Shown: positions 35,849 through 45,044 of the stretch, one piece after another
Numbering within the stretch: the first letter of the stretch is position 1
Layout of the letters: every line of letters begins with the position of its first letter
From: Phycisphaerae bacterium
Lineage (GTDB): Bacteria; Planctomycetota; Phycisphaerae; Phycisphaerales; UBA1924
DNA: 64,000 bases
Direction of reading: 5' to 3'
Assembly: GCA_022180725.1 (NCBI GenBank)
Contig: BQMO01000020.1
Span: 3,380 to 67,379, forward strand
Translations under genes and position numbers: made by a program
The notes under the pieces: generated by a model
Database searches by the model: none
What the model was told of the DNA's origin: nothing
The model's input: only the letters and a program-made list of their open reading frames with translations

Positions 35849-38800
35849 TCAGGTGATTCCCAGCGCCGCGGCGTCGCGATCGCTCAGCCACCCGCCGTCC
35901 GACCGCTGCCTCACCGTGCCGTCGCGTTTCCACGACCGGTCGCACCGGGGCTCGTGCGCGAGGTTCTGGACCATCGCCGCCTTCGCGGCGGGGTCGATCG
36001 ACACGCGGCTGACCCCGAGCAGGTCCGTGAGATCGGCGCGGTCGAAGGCCGCCAACTCGCCGCGCGGGTCGGGCAGGATCACGCCCGCGTCGAGCGGGTT
36101 CTCCACGCCCTGGGTCGCCTTGGCCTGTTCGAGCGCGACGCGTGCCGAGGCCAGCGCCTCGTGCGCCGCCGTCCACCGCGCGTCAGGCATGGCCCCGAAG
36201 CCCGCGTGGAATGTTTCGAGGTGCACGCTCCGCGGGTCGTCCGCGGGCACGCGGTGGAGACTGCGCCAGGCCTCGTCCGCCGTGTGGCCCATGATCGGCG
36301 CGAGCAGGCGGCACAGACCGTCGGTCAGGGCGAACATGGCCGCCTGGGTGCGTCGCCGCCGGGGCGAGTCGGGCGCGTCGCAGTACAGCCGGTCCTTGAC
36401 CGCGGCCAGGTACGTCGCCGAGAGCGTGTCGTTGCAGAAATCGAAGAGCGACTTGTGCACCGTCTGGAAGTCGTAGCGGTTGTACGCCTCGATCACCCGA
36501 CGCGCCATCGCGTCGTACGCCCCGAGCACCCACGCCTCGATCGACGTGCCGGGGAGTGTCGCCGCCCACCCGGGCGCGGGCGGCCCCGACGCGTGGTCCG
36601 CCAACGTGCCCAGCATGTACCGCAGCGTGTTCCGCACCTTGCGGTAACTCTCGCCCGCCAGCGCGAACAACTCGACGTCCACCTTCACGTCGTTCTCGTA
36701 CGCCAGTGAACTCACCCACCACCGCATCACGTCCATGCCGAACTCGGCGCACAGCGAATCGACCTCGTACCGCGCCGCGTCCGCTCGGCTCTTGCTCAAC
36801 TTCTTCCCGTCGCGGTCCACCATGAACCCGTGCGTGAGGATCGTCCTGAACGGTGGACGCCCCGTCACCCCCAGCGCGGGCAGCAACGACAACTGGAACC
36901 ACCCCCGGTGCTGGTCCGACCCTTCCAGGTACAACTCCGCCGGGTAACCCATCCCGCGCTCGCGGAGCACCGCGTTCCACGACGACCCGCTCTCGAACCA
37001 CACGTCGAGGATGTCCTGACCCTTGCGCGCCCGCGCCAGCACCGACGGGTCGCCCTTCACCGCCGCCGGCGCGTCCGGGTCGGCCTTCGCGTCGTACTCC
37101 GCCAGCAACTGCGCGGGCGTCAGCGTGAACCACGCGTCCGACCCCTTCTCCCGCACCACCTTCGCGACGGCCTTCACCGACGCCGCCGTCATGAACACCG
37201 TGCCGTCGGGCAACTCGAACGCGGGGATGGGCAGGCCCCAGGCCCGCTGGCGCGAGATGCACCAATCCGGGCGCGAGTCGAGCATGCCCCGCATCCGGTT
37301 GCGGCCCCACTCGGGCACAAAGCCGACGCCACCGCCCTCGGTCGCCGCCAGCGCCCGCTCGCGGATCGACCGCGGCGGGTCCCCCTCGACCGAGCACGGC
37401 GTGTTCACCCCCACGAACCATTGCTCCGTGCAGCGGAAGATCACCGGCGTCTTGCTCCGCCAATCGTGCGGGTAACTGTGCGTGAACTTGTGCTCGAAGA
37501 ACATGTGCCCGCTCTCGCGCAGCCGCCGGGCGATCAGGTCGTTGGCCTTCCAGATGTCCAGCCCGCGCAGCCACTCCGGCACGCTCGCGTCGTATGTTCC
37601 GTCACCCTTCACGGGGCAGTACGCCGGCAGCCCGTGCTTCTGCCCCGTCTGGAAGTCCTCCTGCCCGTGCCCGGGGGCGGTGTGCACCAGCCCCGTGCCG
37701 TCCTCGAGCGTGACATAGTCCGCGGGAAGGATCGTGTGTGTCACGCGCCCGCCCGTGGGCATGAACGGGTGCCGGTAGCGCAGCCCCACCAGCCGCTCGC
37801 CGGGCGTGGTCGCCAGCACGACGACCTCTTCGCTCTTCGCGGCCTTGGCGACGCGTTCCACCGCGTCCTTGGCCAATACCGTCACGTTCCCGTCGATCCA
37901 GACAAGCGCGTACTCGAACTTCGGGTTCACGGCGATCGCCAGGTTGGCCGGCAGCGTCCACGGGGTCGTGGTCCAGATCATGAACGACGGGGTGACGTGC
38001 GGGCGCGTCCCGGGTTGCGGGGCCGCGTTCCGGCTCGCGGATTCGTCGTCGGCGTCAGGAAACTCCGGCGCGTCGTCCTCGTCGGGGTCGTCCGGCGCTT
38101 CCGCGGGCAGGCCGAACGCCGCGTACACCGCGTCCTTGTCCGCCGCTTCGAAGTCCACGTACACCGACAGGTCCTCGCGGTCCTGGTACTCCAGTTCCGC
38201 GTCCGCCAGGGCCGTCTCGTTGGCGATCGACCAGTGCACGGGTTTCAGCGCCCGGAACACCACCCCGCGCGCCAGGAGCGCCGAAAGCACCTCCAGCGTC
38301 GCGCCCTCATACTCGCGGCTCATGGTCATGTACGGGTGGTCGTAGTCGCCCAGGGTCAGCAGCCGCTGCATCTGCCCCGCCTGGAGTTTCACGTACTTCT
38401 CCGCGTGCTTCTGGCACTCCCGGCGGATGGCGTTGGCCCGCGTCCAGTGGTCCAGCCCGCGGAGTTTCTCGTACTTCCCGCCCTCGACCAGTTCGACGAC
38501 GACCTTGTGCTCGATGGGCAGCCCGTGGCAGTCCCACCCCGGCACGTAGGGCACGTTCAGCCCCTGCATCGACTTCATCCGCACCACGAAGTCCTTCAGG
38601 CACTTGTTCATCAGGTGCCCGAGGTGGATGCCCCCGTTGGCGTACGGCGGGCCGTCGTGGAAGAGCCACGTCGGGGACTGCGCCCGCGCCTCGCGCAGTC
38701 GCTCGTACACGCGCGTGCTCTGCCAGCGCTTCACCGTCGCCGGCTCGTTCTGCACCAGGTTGGCCTTCATCGGGAAGGCCGTCTGCGGCAGGTTTACCGG

Positions 38801-38902
38801 GTACTTCTTCTTCTCGGGCTTGGGCGGTGTGGCGGCGGGTGGGGTCGACATAGAGCCGGGATCGTAGGAATCCGGACCCGGCAGCGCCGGCGGCCGTTCC
38901 AT
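35849..38902 (-). CDS. ileS: isoleucyl-tRNA synthetase
   Basis: PPYANGGIHLGHLMNK (HIGH), GKKLSKS (KMSKS), and a CP1 editing-domain-sized insert. 1017 aa. An alternative start is ATG 38851 (MSTPPAAT...). Confidence 0.95.
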   Translation of the reverse strand: MERPPALPGPDSYDPGSMSTPPAATPPKPEKKKYPVNLPQTAFPMKANLVQNEPATVKRWQSTRVYERLREARAQSPTWLFHDGPPYANGGIHLGHLMNKCLKDFVVRMKSMQGLNVPYVPGWDCHGLPIEHKVVVELVEGGKYEKLRGLDHWTRANAIRRECQKHAEKYVKLQAGQMQRLLTLGDYDHPYMTMSREYEGATLEVLSALLARGVVFRALKPVHWSIANETALADAELEYQDREDLSVYVDFEAADKDAVYAAFGLPAEAPDDPDEDDAPEFPDADDESASRNAAPQPGTRPHVTPSFMIWTTTPWTLPANLAIAVNPKFEYALVWIDGNVTVLAKDAVERVAKAAKSEEVVVLATTPGERLVGLRYRHPFMPTGGRVTHTILPADYVTLEDGTGLVHTAPGHGQEDFQTGQKHGLPAYCPVKGDGTYDASVPEWLRGLDIWKANDLIARRLRESGHMFFEHKFTHSYPHDWRSKTPVIFRCTEQWFVGVNTPCSVEGDPPRSIRERALAATEGGGVGFVPEWGRNRMRGMLDSRPDWCISRQRAWGLPIPAFELPDGTVFMTAASVKAVAKVVREKGSDAWFTLTPAQLLAEYDAKADPDAPAAVKGDPSVLARARKGQDILDVWFESGSSWNAVLRERGMGYPAELYLEGSDQHRGWFQLSLLPALGVTGRPPFRTILTHGFMVDRDGKKLSKSRADAARYEVDSLCAEFGMDVMRWWVSSLAYENDVKVDVELFALAGESYRKVRNTLRYMLGTLADHASGPPAPGWAATLPGTSIEAWVLGAYDAMARRVIEAYNRYDFQTVHKSLFDFCNDTLSATYLAAVKDRLYCDAPDSPRRRRTQAAMFALTDGLCRLLAPIMGHTADEAWRSLHRVPADDPRSVHLETFHAGFGAMPDARWTAAHEALASARVALEQAKATQGVENPLDAGVILPDPRGELAAFDRADLTDLLGVSRVSIDPAAKAAMVQNLAHEPRCDRSWKRDGTVRQRSDGGWLSDRDAAALGIT

Positions 38903-38915
38903 ACTGGCCGCGGGG

Positions 38916-39458
38916 CTACGCGTGCTCGAAGAGCGATTGAATCCGCAGCACCAGCCCCGTCGCCGCCACCAGGTGGTAGCACTGCACGTGCACCTCCCCG
39001 TTCATGCGCTGCGCGTCGATCAGGCTGATGCACTTGCCGACCCCGTCGTTCCAGCGGTGGGCCAGGGCCTGCGTCTCCTTGGCGAACTCGATCATCTCGT
39101 TGTACGTCGACTGGTACAGGTTCTCCGACAGGGTCTCGGTTTGCACCGTCGTCAGGTAGTTCACCTTGTCTTTCGGGAACTTGTGGTCGTAGTCCCGCTC
39201 GCTGGTGCACAGGAACGCCGCGACAATCCCGCCCTGCGGCACGGCCTTTTCCGCGTCGCACAGCAGTTCGGTCAGGCACAGCCCCTTGTGCTCGAAGCGC
39301 AGCGCATGCTGCCCATCCATCACCCAGGCTTCCAGTTCAAACGCCTTGTCGCGAAGCACCCGTCGCCCCCGCAGCTCGAACAGGTCCGGGTGGAGCGCGC
39401 GACTGTACAGAACGACCTGGGACCCTTGAAGAATGGCCTGCTTGACGGGAGTAGTCAT
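38916..39458 (-). CDS. conserved hypothetical cytoplasmic protein (family not recognised)
   Basis: ATG 39458 (MTTPVKQAIL...) is preceded by AAGGAA. Protein-like composition, no repeats, no TM. Immediately upstream of ileS. Confidence 0.5.
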   Translation of the reverse strand: MTTPVKQAILQGSQVVLYSRALHPDLFELRGRRVLRDKAFELEAWVMDGQHALRFEHKGLCLTELLCDAEKAVPQGGIVAAFLCTSERDYDHKFPKDKVNYLTTVQTETLSENLYQSTYNEMIEFAKETQALAHRWNDGVGKCISLIDAQRMNGEVHVQCYHLVAATGLVLRIQSLFEHA

Positions 39459-39625
39459 CGGGGTTCCTTGACCTGTTCGTGCCTCCGGCCGCGGCCCACG
39501 ATCTTCAACAACCACGTCGTGTCAAGGGTGCACCAAACTCATGCACAATCTTCACGGGGTGATCGAAATTAGACGCGTAGCGCGATCTCCGGTGCCGTCC
39601 TGACGCTCCCTCGCTCCCCCAACGA

Positions 39626-41848
39626 TTGACGCGATTATTCGCGGGCTTTCCCCGGAATCAATGCTCCAAGCCATGCTACCGACAGGTTGCGTGGTTCAAC
39701 CCGACGGGTTTGGCCAGTATCCTGTTCGGGATCGGCCAAATTTGCCGAAGTGTTCCTCGCGGCGCGGCAGTCTCAGGGAACATCGCCTCCTTGTCAAGAC
39801 CAATCAGCACATTCCATGAACGTGCCGAGCGGGTCCAACGCCTGCCATGGCGACTTCGACTCGCGGCGCTCAGCGAGGGCCTTGCGGCCTGCTCGCCCGA
39901 CGAGGCCGAGGCGTTGGCCCCGATGCTCGTCGAACTCGCGGTCACTCCTCTCTCCGAACATTCGGACAGGTTGGTTCCGCGACTTGCTCGAAAGTGCTTG
40001 CAAATAATCGGGTTAGGTGAACCCGAACACCGCCGGACTCGCGCGTTGACGGCCATGGCACGGCTGTGGCCGTCTCTCCCCACCATGTCCCGCCGTGCCG
40101 CGGTGGCCGTCGGGCGAGGACAGTGGCACACGGTGATTGGCGGGCAGGGAACCGACCCCGAGCCATTTCGAAGGTTTTCACTGGCCGAACTTGCTGGGGA
40201 TGCGGGGGATGCGCGTCTCGCCGCGCCATGCGCCGATCTGCTCGCGGACCGCGATGAGCAGGTCGCGGGCGCTGCGGAACGGGCCTTGCGCGCCCTGGCC
40301 CTGCGGACCGCGATCGCGGCCGGCGGGTGCGCCGAACTGATTGGTGGGGTCGAGCGTGAAGCCGCCCTGGGATTGGCCGATCCCGCGGTGCTCGACGGCG
40401 ACGCGGACCTTGTCTACGCGGCGGTGGCGTCGTCGTGTCGTCGCTTCGCCACGCATCGCCGTCGCGGCGTGATCGAGGCCGCGATGATCCTGCTCGATCG
40501 AAGCGTGATTCGTCTGTGCGGAACAGGCGATGGTCGTCTGGCGCTGGGCGCGTGGTTCAACCACGCCGACGACGAGGCCCTGGCCGTACTGCGCACCGTG
40601 CTCGAAACCACGGCCTTGCCGATCGCGCGGATTCGTGCGATGGAATGGCTGGATCGACGTGCGTTGGCGGGGGCGTGTGCCCGAAAACTCCGCCGTCTTC
40701 CCGGCAAGGCGATCCACGACCCGGCCATCGCCGTCTCGCACTTGATGCTCAGGCCCGCGCGGGCCAGCGCCGTGCGGCCGAAGTCCGCAGCACCCGAACC
40801 TGCGCCAACGTCCTACACGACGCTGGATTCCGCGTCGAAGCGAGGCCTGCCGCGGTTTCTCATTGCCTTGGGTATGTCCGGGCCGACATGCCGGCGTGTG
40901 CTCGAGTGGGCGGTGGCGGAAGAAGACCCGCACGCGAGGTTTGTTGCCGTGGGTGCCCTGCCCGACGAGGCCCTGGCGGACTATTGCTTCGACGCATCGT
41001 CGGGCATCGGGAGGCTGGCGGCGTGCCGCTGGGCGTGTCGGCCTCTGTGCCACGATGAACCCCACGGCCGTGCCCGCGCGCGATTCGCGAGTTTGCTGAC
41101 CCGAAGCCCGGACCCGTGGGTGCGTCGGCTCGGCGTCGAGGTGCTCGATTCGTCGCGCGGGATATGGGCCGGTGGAGTGGTCGGCGGTCTGGCCGCCCAG
41201 CGCCGCCTGCGAGCGAATCGCGATGATCTGCTCCGAGATCTGCGAGAGGCGCTCCGTGGCGAGAACGAACCGGACATGGTCCGTGCGATGGCGCTCGTGA
41301 GACGAGTCCGGCTTGGGGACATGCTCCTGGACACGCTGTGCGAAGCGGCGAAGGACGCGTCGGCGCGCGTGGCCGCGTCCGCGTGTGCGGCCCTGGGCGA
41401 CACCCGTGCCGAACCCGCCCGGATCGCCCTGTCGCAGGCGCTCCGGGCCGCGGATCCGCGAGTGCGTGCCAACGCCGCCGAGGCGCTGGCACGCCATCAG
41501 GTTCGAGCGGGCGTGCTGGTCGAGTTCAAGAACGACCCGCACCATCGTGTGCGGGCGAATATCGTCCGTGCAGGACTGAACGGGCGCGTGGAAGGCTACG
41601 CCCCCGCCGAGGCGGTGCGGTCGTTGCTCGCGATGTTCGACGATCCCAACCCCAACCAACGCCGCGCGGGCCTCTGGGCGGCGTCCCGCCGAACGACCGC
41701 CGCCCTCGACCCGGTTACTCAACGCGAGATCGACACACGATGTACCGCGCTCGCGCGGGCGGACACCGATGCCTCGGTGCGTGCCAGGGCCGCCCTGGTC
41801 GTCGATCGAGCGCGACGGCTTGCGTCCATGGCGGAGCATGCGTCATGA
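39626..41848 (+). CDS. large HEAT/armadillo-type repeat protein (start uncertain)
   Basis: The C-terminal half has repeated ...(D/N)P.VRA.AA.AL... units (DPWVRRLGVEVL, DPRVRANAAEALARH, HHRVRANIVRA, NPNQRRAGLWAA, DASVRARAALVV), typical of HEAT_2/PBS-lyase repeats. The track start is TTG. Confidence 0.55.
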   Translation: MTRLFAGFPRNQCSKPCYRQVAWFNPTGLASILFGIGQICRSVPRGAAVSGNIASLSRPISTFHERAERVQRLPWRLRLAALSEGLAACSPDEAEALAPMLVELAVTPLSEHSDRLVPRLARKCLQIIGLGEPEHRRTRALTAMARLWPSLPTMSRRAAVAVGRGQWHTVIGGQGTDPEPFRRFSLAELAGDAGDARLAAPCADLLADRDEQVAGAAERALRALALRTAIAAGGCAELIGGVEREAALGLADPAVLDGDADLVYAAVASSCRRFATHRRRGVIEAAMILLDRSVIRLCGTGDGRLALGAWFNHADDEALAVLRTVLETTALPIARIRAMEWLDRRALAGACARKLRRLPGKAIHDPAIAVSHLMLRPARASAVRPKSAAPEPAPTSYTTLDSASKRGLPRFLIALGMSGPTCRRVLEWAVAEEDPHARFVAVGALPDEALADYCFDASSGIGRLAACRWACRPLCHDEPHGRARARFASLLTRSPDPWVRRLGVEVLDSSRGIWAGGVVGGLAAQRRLRANRDDLLRDLREALRGENEPDMVRAMALVRRVRLGDMLLDTLCEAAKDASARVAASACAALGDTRAEPARIALSQALRAADPRVRANAAEALARHQVRAGVLVEFKNDPHHRVRANIVRAGLNGRVEGYAPAEAVRSLLAMFDDPNPNQRRAGLWAASRRTTAALDPVTQREIDTRCTALARADTDASVRARAALVVDRARRLASMAEHAS

Positions 41849-42231
41849 CCACGATGTTCGTCCTCGCGCTCGCCCCTCCCGATGCCGTGCGGCTGATTCT
41901 CGCACCGCCCGAACCGTCCGTGTGGACGTGGGGCCGGTGGGTCTTCGCCGCCATCCTCGCGGGCATGGTGCTCGCGCCGCTGGTCGTGCATGCCTGGCGA
42001 CGGTTCGTCGATCGTCACGCCACGGCCTTGGCGTTCGCGACGGTCGCGTTCGGCCCGGGCACGTCGCGACGTGAACGAGTCGCCTTGCGGGCGCTCGCTC
42101 GGGCGCGGGGTATGTCGCCGTTGGCGCTGTGGCTCTCGGATCATGCCCGCGCCCAGGCCGAGCGGGCAATCGCCGAGAACCGTCCGCCGACGAGACCGAA
42201 GCCGCCCCGAACCACCGCACGCAAGCGGTAG
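41845..42231 (+). CDS. small single/double-pass membrane protein, hypothetical
   Basis: The ATG overlaps the HEAT-gene stop (ATGA). Hydrophobic segment WGRWVFAAILAGMVLAPLVVHAW. Basic Pro-rich tail. Confidence 0.4.
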   Translation: MTTMFVLALAPPDAVRLILAPPEPSVWTWGRWVFAAILAGMVLAPLVVHAWRRFVDRHATALAFATVAFGPGTSRRERVALRALARARGMSPLALWLSDHARAQAERAIAENRPPTRPKPPRTTARKR

Positions 42232-42318
42232 GTGACCGTCAGGCCCGGTTCGGCGCTCGCCGTAGCGGTCGGAGCGACCTACATTTCTGCCCAATCCCCG
42301 TGAGGGGGTTGGTGCCTT

Positions 42319-42401
42319 GGGCGTGTGCCGGAGTGGCCAAACGGGGCAGACTGTAAATCTGTTGGCGAAAGCCTACGGGGGTTCGAATCCCTCCGCGCCC
42401 A
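42319..42401 (+). tRNA. tRNA-Tyr (anticodon GTA), CCA not encoded
   Basis: Manual fold. Acceptor GGGCGTG/CGCGCCC. D arm CCG-GAGTGGCCAAA-CGG. Anticodon stem GCAGA/TCTGT with loop CTGTAAA. Long variable arm (GGC-GAAA-GCC). T arm GGGGG-TTCGAAT-CCCTC. Discriminator A. Confidence 0.9.
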
Positions 42402-42406
42402 CTGAC

Positions 42407-42437
42407 GCGGCTTCCACCCCGGAAGCCGCGTTTTTTT
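42407..42437 (+). terminator. intrinsic terminator after tRNA-Tyr
   Basis: gcggcttcc-acccc-ggaagccgc hairpin followed by g + ttttttt. Confidence 0.8.
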
Positions 42438-42451
42438 GCTTATGCTCGATC

Positions 42452-43411
42452 ATGGCCGCTGACCGCCCCATCCTGACGTTGGCGCACTCGGGTGACCCCG
42501 ACGACGCCTTCATGTGGTGGCCGCTCACGGGCAAGGTTCGACCCGACGGCTCGCCCGTGCCGGGCGAGGGGCCGCGTCTGATCAGCCCGCGGTTTGCCTT
42601 CCGGGCGGTGCCCGGCGACATCGCCGAGTTCAACCGCCTCGCCGCGGGCAGCGCCCCGTACGACATCACGGCGCTGTCCGTGCGCGCCTACGCCGACGTG
42701 GCCGATCGGTATGTCATCACGGCGGTGGGGTCGTCGTTCGGGGAGGGGTATGGGCCGAAGGTGGTGTCCCGCGAGGGTGGCCGCATCTCATTGCCGAGGG
42801 ATCTGTGCTCGCCGGGCGTTCGGCTGGCGGTGCCGGGGCTGCGGACCAGCGCCGTGCTCACGCTCACGCTCATGCTCCGCGAGCTCGGGCCATCGACGCC
42901 GGCGCTGATCGAACGCCGGTTCGACGAAATCATCCCCGCGGTGGTGCGTGGCGAGGCCGACGCCGGGCTGGTCATTCACGAGGGCCAGGTCATGTTCCGT
43001 GACGCGGGGTTGCGGGAAGTGATCGATCTGGGCGAGTGGTGGGGGCGCACGCGCGGCTTGCCCCTGCCGCTGGGCATCAACGCCGTGAAGCGTGATCTTG
43101 ACGCCCGGTTCGGCCCTGGGTCACTCGTCGAGGTGGCGGGCCTGCTCGGGCAGAGCCTGTCCTTCGCCCTGGCGCATCGCGACGAATCCGTCGAGTACAC
43201 GCTTGACTACGCCGCCGTCAACGCCCGTGCGTCGGGCCTGCACGCGCCCACGCGGGCCACGGTGGAGCGATACCTGGGCATGTACGTCACGAGCCTGACG
43301 GCGGACATGGGCGACGCGGGTCGCGCTGCGATCGAGCGGCTGCTGGCGGAGGGCGCCAAGGCGGGGCTGTGCCCGTCCGTTCCGAAGATCGACGTGCTGG
43401 AGCGCCCATGA
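42452..43411 (+). CDS. MqnA/MqnD/SBP-family protein (futalosine-pathway menaquinone biosynthesis-like; family call tentative)
   Basis: N-terminus ILTLAHSGDPDDAFMWWPL... and the overall periplasmic-binding-protein-like length (319 aa) recall PF02621-type proteins. ATG 42452 lies after the tRNA terminator. Confidence 0.5.
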   Translation: MAADRPILTLAHSGDPDDAFMWWPLTGKVRPDGSPVPGEGPRLISPRFAFRAVPGDIAEFNRLAAGSAPYDITALSVRAYADVADRYVITAVGSSFGEGYGPKVVSREGGRISLPRDLCSPGVRLAVPGLRTSAVLTLTLMLRELGPSTPALIERRFDEIIPAVVRGEADAGLVIHEGQVMFRDAGLREVIDLGEWWGRTRGLPLPLGINAVKRDLDARFGPGSLVEVAGLLGQSLSFALAHRDESVEYTLDYAAVNARASGLHAPTRATVERYLGMYVTSLTADMGDAGRAAIERLLAEGAKAGLCPSVPKIDVLERP

Positions 43412-44193
43412 CGCGCCACGAATCGCGTTGTGGCGGCCCATCGTCGGCGTGGTGTCCCCTACACTCGCCCATGAACCTTGTTCGTGTGCCGACGGGTGTG
43501 GGTATTCAAACGTCCGATGGTATGGTGCCGATCCCCTGGATCATGGGCATCGGGATGAACTACGCCGCCCACGCGAAGGAGCAGGGCAAGGGCGTGCCCG
43601 AGAGGCCGGTGGTTTTCGCCAAAAACCCCGCTGCGGCATGCCTCGACGGCGACGACATCGTGATCCCCAAGGTCTGCCAGGACCGCCCGCAGGTAGACTT
43701 TGAGGCCGAGTTGGGCGTGGTCATCGGCCGTCGGCCGGACGGGAGGTTGGTCAAGGAAGTGTCCCGCGACGTGGCCTTGGCATGCGTCTGGGGATATGTC
43801 GCGGCCAACGACGTGTCGGCGCGGTGGTGGCAGAAGGAGGGCAGCGGGGGCCAGTTCTGCCGCGGCAAGGGGTTTGACACGTTCTGCCCGATCGGCCCGC
43901 GCGTGGTGCCCGGGGCGATCGTCGGCAACCCCAACGCCCTGCGGCTGACCACCCGCGTCAATGGGCAGGTCATGCAGGACGCGAGCACGAGCGACATGAT
44001 CTTCGACGTCGCGACGCTCGTGAGCGAACTCAGCCGCGGCTCGACGCTGCTGCCGGGCACGCTGATGCTGACCGGCACACCCAGCGGCGTGGGCATGTCG
44101 CGCACGCCGCCCGTGTTCCTGAAAGACGGCGACGTGGTCGAGGTCGAGGTGGAGCGCGTCGGGCGGATCGTGAATCGCGTGCGGGCCGGTTGA
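43408..44193 (+). CDS. fumarylacetoacetate hydrolase (FAH)-family protein
   Basis: GMNYAAHAKE, VVFAKNP, VDFEAELGVVIG, ANDVSARWWQ, GKGFDTFCPIGP, MLTGTPSGVG. ATG 43408 overlaps the upstream stop (ATGA). ATG 43471 (MNLVRV...) is an equally plausible start. Confidence 0.8.
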   Translation: MTRHESRCGGPSSAWCPLHSPMNLVRVPTGVGIQTSDGMVPIPWIMGIGMNYAAHAKEQGKGVPERPVVFAKNPAAACLDGDDIVIPKVCQDRPQVDFEAELGVVIGRRPDGRLVKEVSRDVALACVWGYVAANDVSARWWQKEGSGGQFCRGKGFDTFCPIGPRVVPGAIVGNPNALRLTTRVNGQVMQDASTSDMIFDVATLVSELSRGSTLLPGTLMLTGTPSGVGMSRTPPVFLKDGDVVEVEVERVGRIVNRVRAG

Positions 44194-44199
44194 GGGATC

Positions 44200-44676
44200 A
44201 TGGCCAAAAAGCCCGACACCGACGGAGAACTCATCGCCGAGAACCGCAAGGCTCGGCATGATTATCACATCGGGGAGACGCTCGAGGTGGGGATCATCCT
44301 GCACGGGTCGGAGGTCAAGGCCGTGCGCGACCACAAGGTGTCGCTCACCGAGGGGTGGGTGTTGGCGCGCGCCCACCCGCCCGAGTTGCTGCTGATGAGC
44401 GTGAACATCGGGGAGTTTGGCCCGGCGGGGGCGCTGGGGCACAAGCCCGTCCGCCCGCGCGGGCTCCTCGCCCACAAGAGCGAAGTCCGCCGCCTCGCCA
44501 AGGCGATGGAAGTAAAGGGCGCGACGATCGTGCCGCTCAAGATGTACTTCAAGAACGGGTACGCGAAGGTGCTGATCGGGGTCGCCAAGGGCAAGGCCGA
44601 GCATGACAAGCGCGATGCGATCGCGAAGCGCGACGCGAAGCGCGACATGGACCGGGCGATGAGCCGGCGGCGGTAA
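44200..44676 (+). CDS. smpB: SsrA-binding protein
   Basis: IAENRKARHDYHIGETLEVGIILHGSEVKAVR and C-terminal KRDAIAKRDAKRD. 158 aa. Confidence 0.95.
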   Translation: MAKKPDTDGELIAENRKARHDYHIGETLEVGIILHGSEVKAVRDHKVSLTEGWVLARAHPPELLLMSVNIGEFGPAGALGHKPVRPRGLLAHKSEVRRLAKAMEVKGATIVPLKMYFKNGYAKVLIGVAKGKAEHDKRDAIAKRDAKRDMDRAMSRRR

Positions 44677-44699
44677 GCCGAACCTTCGGCTGGACGCGT

Positions 44700-44984
44700 T
44701 CAATCCTTCGCCGAGGCCTTCTCCGCGAGGATCACCAGTTTGTCGTCGGCCATCTGCAGGAACCCGCCCTCGACGTGATACGTTGCCGTGCCGCCCTGCC
44801 CCTTGCTCGTGTCGGCGAAGTCCAGCCGCACGTCGCCCTTGCCGAGGCGAGCCAGGATCGGCGCCCGCCCGGGCTGGAAGCCCATCTGTCCGTCCCACGC
44901 GGGGACGTTGGCGTAGACAACCTGCCCGCTCACCAGGGCGGCGGTGGGGGTGACGACCGTGCACTCGAAGGACTTCTTGGCCAT
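44700..44984 (-). CDS. atpC: F-type ATP synthase epsilon subunit-like protein, beta-sandwich domain only
   Basis: FECTVVTPTAALVSGQVVYANVPAWDGQMGFQPGRAPILARLGKGDVRL...GGFLQMADDKLVILAEKA follows the epsilon N-terminal domain pattern. Only 94 aa. No atp neighbours. Confidence 0.65.
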   Translation of the reverse strand: MAKKSFECTVVTPTAALVSGQVVYANVPAWDGQMGFQPGRAPILARLGKGDVRLDFADTSKGQGGTATYHVEGGFLQMADDKLVILAEKASAKD

Positions 44985-45044
44985 GGGGCGGATGATAGGA
45001 AGGCGCCGGCCCGGTGCCTAGTGCCCTTCTCCTACGCTCCCCCC

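Noticed and set aside
36830-39028. 732-aa + strand ORF antisense to ileS
   Set aside because: Shadow ORF opposite an unambiguous class I aminoacyl-tRNA synthetase.
42232-42452. tRNA-Tyr as the attachment site of a genomic island
   Set aside because: There is no integrase, direct repeat of the tRNA 3' end, or compositional shift on either side. The flanking genes look native.
44985-45044. Cobalamin riboswitch ahead of the FecCD/BtuC-type permease
   Set aside because: The spacer is only about 60 nt, far too short for a B12 element, and no B12-box-like sequence was seen.
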